Below are positions 1-9,228 of a DNA stretch of 45,790 nt, one piece after another. The translations under genes and the position numbers were made by a program. The stretch covers positions 1-45,790 of the forward strand of contig DATBCI010000046.1 of assembly GCA_036270555.1 (NCBI GenBank), written 5' to 3'. Source of the stretch: Burkholderiaceae bacterium. GTDB lineage: Bacteria; Pseudomonadota; Gammaproteobacteria; Burkholderiales; Burkholderiaceae_F. The notes beneath the pieces are model-generated. The model was not told the origin of the DNA. It was given only the letters and a program-made list of their open reading frames with translations, and did no database searches. Position 1 is the first letter of the stretch. The number at the start of each line of letters is the position of its first letter.

Positions 1-1269
1 TTCGCCGAGATGGTCAACCACGGAATCGGCGCGGCGCAGCGTCACAGCTGGCGCTGCGCGGTGATGTTCATCGACCTGGACCGATTCAAGCAGGTCAACG
101 ACAGCCTCGGCCACGAAGCGGGCGACGCGCTGCTGCGCGAAGTGTCACAGCGCATCAAACAGAATCTGCGCAGCAGCGACGTGGCGGCGCGCCTGGGTGG
201 AGACGAGTTTGTGGTGCTGCTGCAGGAGCTGCGAAGCGCCGAGGAAGCCGGCGTGGTCGCGCGCAAGCTGCTGTCGGCCGTGATGGCGCCGGTGCCGATC
301 GCCGGTCACGACTGCCGCGTCACCGCGAGCATCGGCATTTCGATCTTTCCCGATGACGCGGGCGACGAGGCGACGCTGATCAAGCACGCCGACATCGCGA
401 TGTACCACGCCAAGGAAGAGGGCAGGAACAACTACCAGACTTACGACCGTGTCTGGGGCGAGCAGTCGCTGGAACGCATGAGCCTCGAGACGCAATTGCG
501 CGGCGCGCTGGAGGGCCAGGAACTGTCGCTGCATTACCAGGCCAAGCTCAACCTGAGCGACCACACCATCTGCGGCGTCGAGGCCCTGCTGCGCTGGAAC
601 AACGCCGAACTGGGCTCGGTACCACCGTCCCGCTTCATTCCGATCGCCGAAGAGACCGGGCTGATCCTGCCGATCGGCCGCTGGGTGCTGCGCACCGCCT
701 GCGAGCAGGCCATGCAGTGGCAGCGCTCGGGCCTGCCGCCGGTGTGCGTTGCGGTCAACCTGTCGCCGCGCCAGCTGGGTGATCCGGAGCTGCTGCCGGC
801 GCTGGCCAGCGTCCTGCGCGACACGAACCTGGCGCCGGAGCTGCTCGAGCTGGAAGTGACCGAAAGCTCGATGATGCACGACGCCGAACAGTCGGTGCAG
901 GTGCTCACCGCGCTCAAGAACATGGGCGTGCGGCTGGCCATCGACGACTTTGGAACGGGCTATTCGTCGCTGGCGCAATTGAATCGCTTCCCGATCGACA
1001 CCCTCAAGGTCGACCGTTCGTTCATCCGCAACATCCCGAGCGATGCCGAAGGAAGGGCGATCGCCGAGGCCATCATAGCGATGGGACGCACGCTGAAGCT
1101 GACGGTGGTGGCCGAAGGCGTCGAGACGGACGATCAGCGCGTGTTCCTGCGCGACCTCGCGTGCGACCAGATGCAGGGCTACCTGTTCAGCAAGCCAGTC
1201 TCGGCCGACGACTTCGCCGAGCTGCTGCGCCGGGGCCGCGCTGAAGCGGCGGTCGAAGCGCTTAGCTGA
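1..1269 (+). CDS. GGDEF/EAL dual-domain c-di-GMP signalling protein, 5'-truncated by the window edge
   Basis: The frame is open from nt 1 (FAE precedes the listed M). An RSSD I-site lies 5 aa before GGDEF (RLGGDEFVVLL). EAL-domain motifs are present: EALLRW, DDFGTGYSSL, KVDRSFI, EGVET, QGYLFSKP. Confidence 0.9.
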   Translation, partial: FAEMVNHGIGAAQRHSWRCAVMFIDLDRFKQVNDSLGHEAGDALLREVSQRIKQNLRSSDVAARLGGDEFVVLLQELRSAEEAGVVARKLLSAVMAPVPIAGHDCRVTASIGISIFPDDAGDEATLIKHADIAMYHAKEEGRNNYQTYDRVWGEQSLERMSLETQLRGALEGQELSLHYQAKLNLSDHTICGVEALLRWNNAELGSVPPSRFIPIAEETGLILPIGRWVLRTACEQAMQWQRSGLPPVCVAVNLSPRQLGDPELLPALASVLRDTNLAPELLELEVTESSMMHDAEQSVQVLTALKNMGVRLAIDDFGTGYSSLAQLNRFPIDTLKVDRSFIRNIPSDAEGRAIAEAIIAMGRTLKLTVVAEGVETDDQRVFLRDLACDQMQGYLFSKPVSADDFAELLRRGRAEAAVEALS

Positions 1270-1273
1270 GTCA

Positions 1274-1302
1274 AAACCCGCACACGCGCGCGGTGCGTGT
1301 TT
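1274..1302. terminator. Hairpin between convergent GGDEF/EAL and serA genes, possibly a bidirectional terminator
   Basis: aaacccgcac (1274-1283) pairs with gtgcgtgttt (1293-1302) with one mismatch. An alternative 8-bp stem is 1282-1289/1293-1300. It is flanked by an A-run on the left and tttg on the right, and lies between two stop codons (1269 and 1317). Confidence 0.4.
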
Positions 1303-1316
1303 GCTTCGCCGGCCGA

Positions 1317-2906
1317 TCAAGTGCCGTTTTCGAATTGCAGCAGATCGACGTCGACCACGCCGGGCAAGCCTCTGACCTGATCCAGCACCGGCGGCGCGAC
1401 GGCACCATCGACCGCCACCAGGCAGACCGCGGTCGCCCCCGGCCGGCTGCGCCCCAAGTTGAAGTTCGCGATGTTGATGCCGGCCTCGCCCAGCAGCGTG
1501 CCCAGGCGCCCGATGAAACCCGGTTTGTCTTCATTGCGGATGAACAGCATCCGTTGCATCAGCTCAGCTTCCAGCGCGACGTCGTCGACTTCAACCACGC
1601 GCGGCTTGCCGCTGAACAGGGTCCCGCCGATCCGCAATTGACCCGATCCGGCCTCGACGCCCAGGCAGATCAGCGTGTGATAGTCGCCCTCGGTCTCCAG
1701 CCGGGTCTCGCGGACCTTGATGCCGCGCTCCTTGGCAATCACCGGCGCGTTGACCTGATTGACGGCATCCAGCGACGGCCTCAGCAATCCCATCAGCATC
1801 AGGTTCGAAAGCACGCGCGTGTTGACAGTGCCCGCATGCCCCTCGTAGCTGATGCTGACCGATCGGATTCCGCTGTGGGTCACCTGGCCGGCAAAGCTGC
1901 CGAGCAGCTCCGCCAGCCTCATGTACGGCCGCAATTTCGGCGCGTCCTCGGCCGACACCGATGGCAGGTTCAGCGCGTGGGTTACCGCACCCGTCAGCAG
2001 GAAGTCGCTCATCTGCTCGGCGAGCTGCTGCGCCACGTTCTCCTGGGCCTCCTTGGTCGAGGCGCCCAGGTGGGGCGTGCACACCACGTTCTCCATCCCG
2101 AACAACGGATTGCTGCGCGCCGGCTCCTCGGCAAAGACGTCCAGCCCCACTCCGGCGACCTGACCGCTGTCCAGGGCCGCCCTCAGGTCGGCTTCGACGA
2201 CCAGCCCGCCGCGGGCGCAGTTGATGATCCGCACACCCTTCTTGCAGCGGGCGAGAAATTTCGCATCGACCAGATTGCGCGTCTCGGCCGTCAACGAGGT
2301 GTGCAGCGTGATGAAGTCGGCGCGCGCCAGCAGGTCATTCAGATCGACCTTGTCGATACCCAGTTCGGCCGCCCGCTCCGGCGTCAGGAAAGGGTCGGCC
2401 GCGATCACCTTCATCTTCAGACCCAGCGCGCGATCGGCGACGATCGAGCCGATGTTTCCGCAACCGATGATGCCGAGCGTCTTGCCGGTGACTTCGATGC
2501 CCATGAAGCGCGATTTTTCCCACTCGCCGGCGTGGGTCGACGCATTGGCCGCCGGCAGCTGGCGCGCAAGCGCGAAGATCATCGCGATCGCGTGCTCCGC
2601 GGTCGTGATCGAGTTGCCAAACGGCGTATTCATGACGACGATCCCGCGCGCCGTTGCCGCCGGCACGTCGACGTTGTCGACGCCGATCCCTGCCCGGCCG
2701 ATCACCTTCAGCCGGCTTCCGGCCGCAATCAGATCGGCGTTGACTTTGGTCGCCGAACGGATCGCAAGGCCATCGTAGGCGCCAATCACCGCCTTCAGCG
2801 CGTCGCCCGACAAACCTGTTTTTGGGTCGACCTCGATGCCGCGCTCCCCGAAGATCTGCACCGCCCGCGGCGACAGGGTCTCGGCGATCAGCACCCGGGG
2901 TTTCAC
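1317..2906 (-). CDS. serA: D-3-phosphoglycerate dehydrogenase (long form with C-terminal ASB/ACT domains)
   Basis: VKPRVLIAETLSP..., NAD motif GIIGCGNIGS, C-terminal ACT-like region. The 816-aa ORF was trimmed to the GTG at 2906-2904 because upstream sequence is occupied by serC. GTG overlaps the serC TGA (GTGA). Confidence 0.92.
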   Translation of the reverse strand: MKPRVLIAETLSPRAVQIFGERGIEVDPKTGLSGDALKAVIGAYDGLAIRSATKVNADLIAAGSRLKVIGRAGIGVDNVDVPAATARGIVVMNTPFGNSITTAEHAIAMIFALARQLPAANASTHAGEWEKSRFMGIEVTGKTLGIIGCGNIGSIVADRALGLKMKVIAADPFLTPERAAELGIDKVDLNDLLARADFITLHTSLTAETRNLVDAKFLARCKKGVRIINCARGGLVVEADLRAALDSGQVAGVGLDVFAEEPARSNPLFGMENVVCTPHLGASTKEAQENVAQQLAEQMSDFLLTGAVTHALNLPSVSAEDAPKLRPYMRLAELLGSFAGQVTHSGIRSVSISYEGHAGTVNTRVLSNLMLMGLLRPSLDAVNQVNAPVIAKERGIKVRETRLETEGDYHTLICLGVEAGSGQLRIGGTLFSGKPRVVEVDDVALEAELMQRMLFIRNEDKPGFIGRLGTLLGEAGINIANFNLGRSRPGATAVCLVAVDGAVAPPVLDQVRGLPGVVDVDLLQFENGT

Positions 2907-4078
2907 GCAGCAACACTCGTTTCGGCGCGGACCGTCGCGTAGGCCCAATCGATCCAGGCGACCAGCGCCTGCACGTCGTCGGACTCGATGGTCGCACCGC
3001 ACCACACACGCAGGCCGGGTGGCGCATCGCGATAGGACGCGATGTCGTAGGCGACCGCTTGCTGCTCGAGCAGCGACGCCAGGCGTTTGCAGAGCGACGC
3101 CTGCTGTTCCAGGCTCATCGACGCGGCGACGGCATCGGCCAGCCGCAAGCACACCGAAGTGGGCGAGCGCGTCGCCGGATCTGCCGCCAGGAAATCGATC
3201 CACGGCGTGCGCTCGACCCACTGGGTCAGGGCGCGAAAGTTGGCCTGCGTGCGCTGCACCAGTCCTTGCGGGCCGCCGGCGGATCTGGCCCAGGCCATCG
3301 CATCGAGCGCGTCTTCGACGCACATCATCGATGGAGTGTTGATCGTCTCGCCCTCGAAAATGCCGCGATTGAGCTTGCCCTCCTTGGTCAGGCGGAAGAT
3401 TTTGGGCACCGGCCAGGCCGGCCGGTGCGATTCGAGGCGTTCCACCGCGCGTGGACCGAGGATCAGAATTCCATGCTGCGCCTCGCCGCCCAGCACCTTC
3501 TGCCAGCTGAAGGTGATCACATCGAGCTTGTGCCAGGGCATGGGCACAGCGAACACCGACGAGGTCGCGTCGCAGATCGTGAGGCCTGTGCGCTGGTCGC
3601 TGATCCAATCGCCATGGGGAACGATCACGCCGGACGTGGTGCCATTCCACGTGAAAACGACGTCGTGGTCGAAATCCACTTGTGACAGATCCGGCAAGCG
3701 GCCAAAGTCGGCGACCCAAGTGCGCGTCTGCAGCGGCTTCAGCTGCTTGACGCAATCGGTCACCCATTCCTTGCCGAACGTCTCCCAGGCGAGCACATCA
3801 ACCGGGCGCGCCCCGAGCAACGACCACAGCGCCGCCTCCACCGCGCCGGTGTCGGACGCCGCCACGACTCCAACCAGGTAGTCCGGGGGCAGCTCCAGCA
3901 GCGCCTTGGTTTCTTCGATAACCTGCTTGAGTTTGTCCTTGCCGATCTTGGCGCGGTGGGACCGCCCCAGCGCCGCGCCGGCGAGCGCCTCATAGGACCA
4001 CCCGGGGCGCTTTGCGCACGGACCCGAGGAAAAGTTCGGACAGGCGGGGCGAACGGAAGGTTTCGTGATGGCTGACAT
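2903..4078 (-). CDS. serC: Phosphoserine aminotransferase (non-E. coli, alphaproteobacterial/methylotroph-like SerC type)
   Basis: The N-terminus MSAITKPSVRPACPNFSSGPCAKRPGWS matches this SerC family. The ATG at 4078 is preferred over the upstream ATG at 4120, which would leave only 14 bp to mutS. Confidence 0.88.
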   Translation of the reverse strand: MSAITKPSVRPACPNFSSGPCAKRPGWSYEALAGAALGRSHRAKIGKDKLKQVIEETKALLELPPDYLVGVVAASDTGAVEAALWSLLGARPVDVLAWETFGKEWVTDCVKQLKPLQTRTWVADFGRLPDLSQVDFDHDVVFTWNGTTSGVIVPHGDWISDQRTGLTICDATSSVFAVPMPWHKLDVITFSWQKVLGGEAQHGILILGPRAVERLESHRPAWPVPKIFRLTKEGKLNRGIFEGETINTPSMMCVEDALDAMAWARSAGGPQGLVQRTQANFRALTQWVERTPWIDFLAADPATRSPTSVCLRLADAVAASMSLEQQASLCKRLASLLEQQAVAYDIASYRDAPPGLRVWCGATIESDDVQALVAWIDWAYATVRAETSVAA

Positions 4079-4134
4079 GCTCGTCAATCTCGAAAAAAGG
4101 TACGCTGCGGTCGAAAGCATAGCCGCAGATCCCT

Positions 4135-6762
4135 ATGAAAAGTGAGAGAACGCTGGGGGTTAGTGCACCATCGGAGCATCACACGCCGATGATGCAACAA
4201 TACCTGCGGATCAAGGCGCAGCACGAGGATCACCTGTTGTTCTACCGGATGGGTGATTTCTACGAGCTGTTCTACGGGGACGCCGAACGGGGCGCGCGAC
4301 TGCTCGATCTGACGCTGACATCGCGCGGGGCATCGGCGGGAGCGCCGATCCCGATGGCCGGCGTGCCGGCCGTCAGCGTCGAGCAGTACCTCGCGCGCCT
4401 GGTCAGGATGGGCCAGTCGGTCGCCATCTGCGAGCAGGTCGGCGATCCGGCCACGGCGCAGGGACCGGTTGATCGCCAGGTCGTGCGCATCGTGACGCCA
4501 GGAACCCTGACCGACAGCGCACTGCTGAATCCGAAGGCCGACGCGGCGCTGGCAGCCGTCGCGCTGCTGGCGGGCCGGCGTGGCCAACCGCCGCAGGCCG
4601 GGATCGCCTGGCTGGTGCTGGCCAGCGGCGATTTGCGGGCGACCGAAATCCCGGCCGAGGGTCTCGCCGCCGAACTGGCGCGTATCGAACCGGCCGAGAT
4701 CCTGGTAGCCGAATCGGCACGCAACACGCTGCCGGCGGGGGCCTGTGTACGGACGTTGAACGAGTGGCATTTCGACTCCAAGCTGGGCGAGCAGCGCCTG
4801 CAGGAGTTGCTCGGGGTATCGCACCTGGAAGCCTTTGGCATCGGTGGGCATGCGGCAGCGCTGGCGGCGTGCGCGGCGCTGCTCGGTTATGCCGAGCAGA
4901 CGCAGAAACAGCGCCTGAGCCACGTGACCCACCTGCGCTTCGAGAGCGAGTCGGACACCATCGGACTGGACCCCGCCACCCGCCGCAACCTGGAGCTTGC
5001 ACAGGCGCTGCACAACCCCGACGGGCCTTGCCTGCTCTCGGTGCTGGATCGCTGCCGCAGCGGGATGGGAAGCCGTCGCATGCGCCTTTGGCTGAACCAG
5101 CCTCTGCGTGATCGCCAGAGCGCACAAGGGCGGCATCAGGTCATCGAGGCCTTGCTCGATTCCCCGTGCAGCGCGCCGATTCGGCAGGCGCTCGCAAAGC
5201 TGCCTGATCTGGACCGCATCGGCAGCCGGATCGCTCTGAAGTCGGCCCGGCCACGAGAGCTCGCAGCGCTGCGCGACGCACTGGCTCCCATTGCGCAGAT
5301 CGAGGCATCGGCCCGCCTGCTGGAGGAGGCGCCGCTCGCCTCGGAGTTTGCCAACGGCCTGCTGCTGCCTGCGGCACTGGGTGAAGAGTTGGTGCAAGCG
5401 CTGCTGGAAGAGCCGGCCGTTTCGCCCCGGGACGGCGACGTGATCCGCAACGGCTACGACGCAGAGCTCGACGAACTGCGGGCGCTGCGCGATCACACCG
5501 GGCAGTTCCTGATCGACCTGGAAGCAAGAGAGCGCGCCCGCACTGGCATCGCCAACCTGCGCGTGGAATACAACCGCGTGCACGGCTTCTATATCGAGGT
5601 CACGCACGGCCAGACCGACAAGGTTCCGGACGACTACCGGCGGCGCCAGACCCTGAAGAATGCGGAGCGCTACATCACGCCCGAGCTGAAAACCTTCGAA
5701 GACCGCGCGTTGTCGGCACAGGAACGCGCGCGCGCGCGGGAGCGCCAGCTGTATGACGCCGTGCTGATGAAGGTGATCGAACACGTCCCCGCGGTGTTGC
5801 GCGCCGCCGAGGCGCTGGCCGCGCTCGATGCGCTGGCGGCGTTCGCCGAGCACGCGGCACATGCCAACTGGGTCCGCCCACAGCTCGTGGCCGAGGCCGG
5901 GCTGCAGATCGAGGGGGCGCGTCACCCGGTGGTTGAGCGCAGCCTCGAGGTCTACGTCCCCAACGATTGCCGGCTCGACCCGAACCGCCGCATGCTGATC
6001 GTCACCGGCCCCAACATGGGTGGCAAGTCGACCTTCATGCGATCGGTCGCCCTGGTGGTGCTGCTCGCGTATTGCGGCAGTTTCGTGCCGGCCTCGAGCG
6101 CGCGCATCGGCCCGATCGATCGCATCCTGACGCGCATCGGCGCCAGCGACGACCTGGCGCGGGGTGCCTCCACCTTCATGGTCGAGATGACCGAAGCGGC
6201 CTCGATCCTGAACGCTGCCGGCGAGCTGAGCCTGGTGCTGATGGACGAGATCGGGCGAGGCACTTCGACCTTTGACGGCCTGGCGCTGGCGGCGGCGATT
6301 GCGCACGAGCTGGCCGTTCGCAACCGGTGTTTCACGCTGTTCGCGACTCACTATTTCGAGCTGACCCAACTCGCGCAGCGGCTGTCGCAGGTGGCCAACG
6401 TCCACGTTGCGGCCGCCGAAGCCAACGGCAAGGTCGTGTTCCTGCACCAGGTCCGGGATGGGCCCGCGAACCAGAGCTACGGGCTGGCGGTGGCGGCGCT
6501 GGCCGGAGTGCCGGGGGCCGTGCTGCGCAGGGCTCGCAACCTGCTGGTGCAGCTCGAGCAAAGGGCGATCGCCGGTGGCGATCAACTCGACCTGTTCCAG
6601 GCCGCGCAGCCGGCGGCCCCTGCGCACCCGGCAGCCGACCCGCTGCGCGATCGCCTGGCGCAAATCGACGCCGAGCGACTGACGCCACGTGCGGCGCTCG
6701 ACCTGGTGTTCGAGTTGATCGAGCTGGGGCAGCGCACCGCGGACGGCGCATCGGGCGCATGA
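4135..6762 (+). CDS. mutS: DNA mismatch repair protein MutS
   Basis: [12 protein letters not shown] and [12 protein letters not shown]-terminal mismatch-binding motifs, Walker [25 protein letters not shown]. 875 aa. Confidence 0.97.
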   Translation: MKSERTLGVSAPSEHHTPMMQQYLRIKAQHEDHLLFYRMGDFYELFYGDAERGARLLDLTLTSRGASAGAPIPMAGVPAVSVEQYLARLVRMGQSVAICEQVGDPATAQGPVDRQVVRIVTPGTLTDSALLNPKADAALAAVALLAGRRGQPPQAGIAWLVLASGDLRATEIPAEGLAAELARIEPAEILVAESARNTLPAGACVRTLNEWHFDSKLGEQRLQELLGVSHLEAFGIGGHAAALAACAALLGYAEQTQKQRLSHVTHLRFESESDTIGLDPATRRNLELAQALHNPDGPCLLSVLDRCRSGMGSRRMRLWLNQPLRDRQSAQGRHQVIEALLDSPCSAPIRQALAKLPDLDRIGSRIALKSARPRELAALRDALAPIAQIEASARLLEEAPLASEFANGLLLPAALGEELVQALLEEPAVSPRDGDVIRNGYDAELDELRALRDHTGQFLIDLEARERARTGIANLRVEYNRVHGFYIEVTHGQTDKVPDDYRRRQTLKNAERYITPELKTFEDRALSAQERARARERQLYDAVLMKVIEHVPAVLRAAEALAALDALAAFAEHAAHANWVRPQLVAEAGLQIEGARHPVVERSLEVYVPNDCRLDPNRRMLIVTGPNMGGKSTFMRSVALVVLLAYCGSFVPASSARIGPIDRILTRIGASDDLARGASTFMVEMTEAASILNAAGELSLVLMDEIGRGTSTFDGLALAAAIAHELAVRNRCFTLFATHYFELTQLAQRLSQVANVHVAAAEANGKVVFLHQVRDGPANQSYGLAVAALAGVPGAVLRRARNLLVQLEQRAIAGGDQLDLFQAAQPAAPAHPAADPLRDRLAQIDAERLTPRAALDLVFELIELGQRTADGASGA

Positions 6763-7931
6763 GCAACGCCGCCGCGACGCCGCCTTCGGTGCCGGCCCTG
6801 AGCGTCCTCACCCACCTGGGAAAGATGCCGGTGCGTGCTTTTCTGGCGCGCCATTGGCAGCGGACGCCGCTGGTGGTGCGCCAGGCGCTGGCCGGTTTCG
6901 AATCGCCATTCGCGCCCGGCATGCTGATCGAGTTGGCCGCACGAGAGCAGGTCGAGTCGCGTCTGGTCGAGCGGTCGGGCAGCCGATGGCAATTGCGACA
7001 CGGGCCGTTCCGGCGCGCCAGCATTCCTTCCCGCAAGCGCACCGGCTGGACGCTGCTCGTGCAAGGTGTCGATCTGCAGTTGAATGCCGCCGCGGACTTG
7101 ATTGCGCGTTTCCGCTTTCTGCCGGATGCAAGGCTGGACGATCTGATGGTCAGCTATGCCACCGACGGCGGCGGCGTCGGTCCGCACGTGGACTCGTACG
7201 ATGTGTTCCTGCTACAGGCGCTCGGCCGACGGCGCTGGCGAATCGAGCGGCGACCCGATCCAGCCTGCGCGCCGGGCGTTCCGCTCCAGCACCTGGCCCG
7301 GTTTCGCCCGCAGCAGGAATGGGTGCTCGAGCCGGGCGACCTGCTGTACCTGCCGCCCGGAGTGGCCCACGAGGGCGTCGCAGTCGGTGAATGCATCACG
7401 TGCTCGATCGGCTTCAGGACGCCTTCGTGGGCCGATCTGGCGGCGATCTGGAGCGAGCTGCAGGCGACCGATGGTCAGAGCCCGCCGGCGGCTTTTCGCG
7501 ACCGCGGTATCGTCCCTTCCAGGCACCCGGCACGCCTGCCCGAGTGGATGGTCCACCAGGCCCATCGCAACCTGCTGCGGCGGCAGCCGGCTCGCAAGGA
7601 CATCGCGCGGGCGCTGTTGCGCCAGCTCAGTGAGCCGAAATCGAACGTGTCCTTCGAGGCGCCGCGTCGTCCCATGACCGCCGCGCGATTCGCTCAGGCC
7701 GCGAGGCGAACCGGCCTGCAAACCGATCGCCGCACACGGATGCTGTACTCAAATCGAACCCTCGCCATCAACGGGGAACTGGTTCCATTGCGGCAACCCT
7801 CCGAACGACGCGTCCTGACATTGCTCGCAGACCGGCGCGCGCTGGCGGCGTACGACTGCCACCGCTTGCCCCTTGCAGGGACGAGCCGGCTGTTCGAGTG
7901 GTACCTGGCCGGCTGGTTACACCTTGTATAG
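6759..7931 (+). CDS. roxA: JmjC/cupin ribosomal protein oxygenase, RoxA/YcfD family
   Basis: Collinear similarity to E. coli YcfD, recalled from memory: [26 protein letters not shown] (HxD), [16 protein letters not shown] (distal His). The 534-aa ORF was trimmed to the ATG at 6759, which overlaps the mutS TGA (ATGA). Confidence 0.85.
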   Translation: MSNAAATPPSVPALSVLTHLGKMPVRAFLARHWQRTPLVVRQALAGFESPFAPGMLIELAAREQVESRLVERSGSRWQLRHGPFRRASIPSRKRTGWTLLVQGVDLQLNAAADLIARFRFLPDARLDDLMVSYATDGGGVGPHVDSYDVFLLQALGRRRWRIERRPDPACAPGVPLQHLARFRPQQEWVLEPGDLLYLPPGVAHEGVAVGECITCSIGFRTPSWADLAAIWSELQATDGQSPPAAFRDRGIVPSRHPARLPEWMVHQAHRNLLRRQPARKDIARALLRQLSEPKSNVSFEAPRRPMTAARFAQAARRTGLQTDRRTRMLYSNRTLAINGELVPLRQPSERRVLTLLADRRALAAYDCHRLPLAGTSRLFEWYLAGWLHLV

Positions 7932-8060
7932 GGCCTTCCAAGAGCGCGGGTGCTGCGCTTCGAAAACCGACTGGTGGTAACCGAAAGGCGGGAGGATCCA
8001 CTGCTCCGACCGATGCGAGTACGCAACGCCACCCTCGTACAATTGCTGCGCTGCGCTAGT

Positions 8061-8066
8061 TATAAT
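8061..8066 (+). promoter_or_regulatory. Candidate -10 box (TATAAT) upstream of the small lipoprotein gene
   Basis: A perfect TATAAT lies in the most AT-rich patch of the 249-bp intergenic region. There is no good -35 (gtacaa at 18 bp). It would give a leader of about 110 nt. Confidence 0.3.
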
Positions 8067-8180
8067 AAGGGTCTGGGGAGATCGAGGTACTCGTCTGCTC
8101 GTTTGACGTTCGCCGCGCGAACCGGAGTCACCGCGGTGATCGACGCGACACTAACGACTCATTTTTCAAAAGGAAATCTC

Positions 8181-8372
8181 ATGAAGAAACTGCTGACCCT
8201 TGCTTCGTTGTCGGTCGCGATGCTGGCTGGCTGTGAAAAGCCCGCCTCGGCGCCGGCCCCGGCCCCGGCGCCGATGGCTGCGCCCGCGCCCGCTCCCGCA
8301 CCGGCCGAGCCAGCGAAGGATGCAACGCCGATGGCCGCCCCCGCCGATCAGAGCAAGGATCAGAAGAAGTAA
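8181..8372 (+). CDS. Small Ala/Pro-rich lipoprotein (63 aa)
   Basis: MKKLLTLASLSVAMLAGC signal peptide with lipobox LAGC. RBS aaggaaa is 5 nt upstream of the ATG at 8181. A hairpin plus T-run terminator follows. The 140-aa ORF was trimmed. Confidence 0.75.
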   Translation: MKKLLTLASLSVAMLAGCEKPASAPAPAPAPMAAPAPAPAPAEPAKDATPMAAPADQSKDQKK

Positions 8373-8396
8373 GCGGCGGTCAGGCTTCGAAGGAAG

Positions 8397-8422
8397 GCCG
8401 GCATGATGCCGGCTTTTCTTTT
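8397..8422. terminator. Rho-independent terminator between the convergent lipoprotein and MBL hydrolase genes
   Basis: gccggc (8397-8402), loop atgat, gccggc (8408-8413), followed by ttttcttttg. It is 25 nt after the lipoprotein stop. Confidence 0.6.
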
Positions 8423-8429
8423 GCGTCGC

Positions 8430-9212
8430 TCACGGCAAACCCACAGCCCTCCAGGGCAACCCCAGTGCCTGGTCCGCCACGTCCAATTGGACGCGGGCGG
8501 ACAACCGGACACATTCGAGCGCTGCGAATGCGAGGTGCGGGCGGTTGTTGGTGCGACTCAGGTGCGCGGCCACCACGCGCGTCAAACGGCTGCGATCGAT
8601 CGACTCGAGAAACTGCACCGACTGCGCGTTGGAAAGGTGCCCCACGTCGCTTTCGATCCGAGCCTTCAGCGATGGGGAATAAGGGCCACGGCGCAGCATC
8701 TGCAGATCGTGATTGAACTCCAGCACCAGCGTATCAAGCCCCGACAGCACGCCGGTGACCGAGGGCGCCGGATGCCCCAAATCGGTCAGAATCGCCAGTC
8801 GCCGCTCGCCGTCGGACAGCAGGAACTGAACGGGCTCGCTGGCGTCGTGCGGCACATCGATCGGCAGCACCCGCAACGGACCCATGCGCAATTCGATACC
8901 GGCGCGGATCCGATATCGTCGAAGCGGCGGGTCGAAACCCGCCGCCAGCGCCGTCCCTTCGGTGGCGTAGACGCCGATTTGACGGCGCTGGGCGAAGGCG
9001 CAGACGCCGCCTGCATGGTCGCTGTGCTCGTGCGTGACCAGGATCGCGCTCAGCGAACCCGGATCGACGCCTGCCCGCGCAAGCCGCCGTTCCAGTGCGC
9101 GCGGCGAGAACCCGTCGTCGATCAGAACCCTGACCGTGTCTGGGCCTTCTGACGCCTCGACCACGAACGCATTACCGCCACTACCCGAGCCAAGACAGCA
9201 GAAACGGAGCAT
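8430..9212 (-). CDS. MBL-fold metallo-hydrolase (YycJ/PhnP-like)
   Basis: MLRFCCLGSGSGGNAF, HxHxDH motif (THEHSDH). 260 aa. Confidence 0.9.
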   Translation of the reverse strand: MLRFCCLGSGSGGNAFVVEASEGPDTVRVLIDDGFSPRALERRLARAGVDPGSLSAILVTHEHSDHAGGVCAFAQRRQIGVYATEGTALAAGFDPPLRRYRIRAGIELRMGPLRVLPIDVPHDASEPVQFLLSDGERRLAILTDLGHPAPSVTGVLSGLDTLVLEFNHDLQMLRRGPYSPSLKARIESDVGHLSNAQSVQFLESIDRSRLTRVVAAHLSRTNNRPHLAFAALECVRLSARVQLDVADQALGLPWRAVGLP

Positions 9213-9228
9213 CCCGCGCTATAGCCGG

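Noticed and set aside
4084-6663. An 859-aa ORF antisense to mutS. Similar very long ORFs lie antisense to real genes: 1293-2942, 10095-11741, 18150-19628, 28851-31478, 29063-31681, 31688-33754, 37464-39389 and 40555-42519.
   Set aside because: Their products are Arg/Gly/His/Pro-rich with no recognisable motifs. Each exactly shadows a gene that has unmistakable family signatures on the other strand. Stop-poor antisense frames are expected at this GC content.
8181-8372. PAPAPA-encoding GC-rich stretches here and in the secG tail, considered as a shared DNA-level repeat.
   Set aside because: The similarity is compositional (Pro/Ala codons) rather than an alignable nucleotide repeat. Both stretches are in frame within credible genes.
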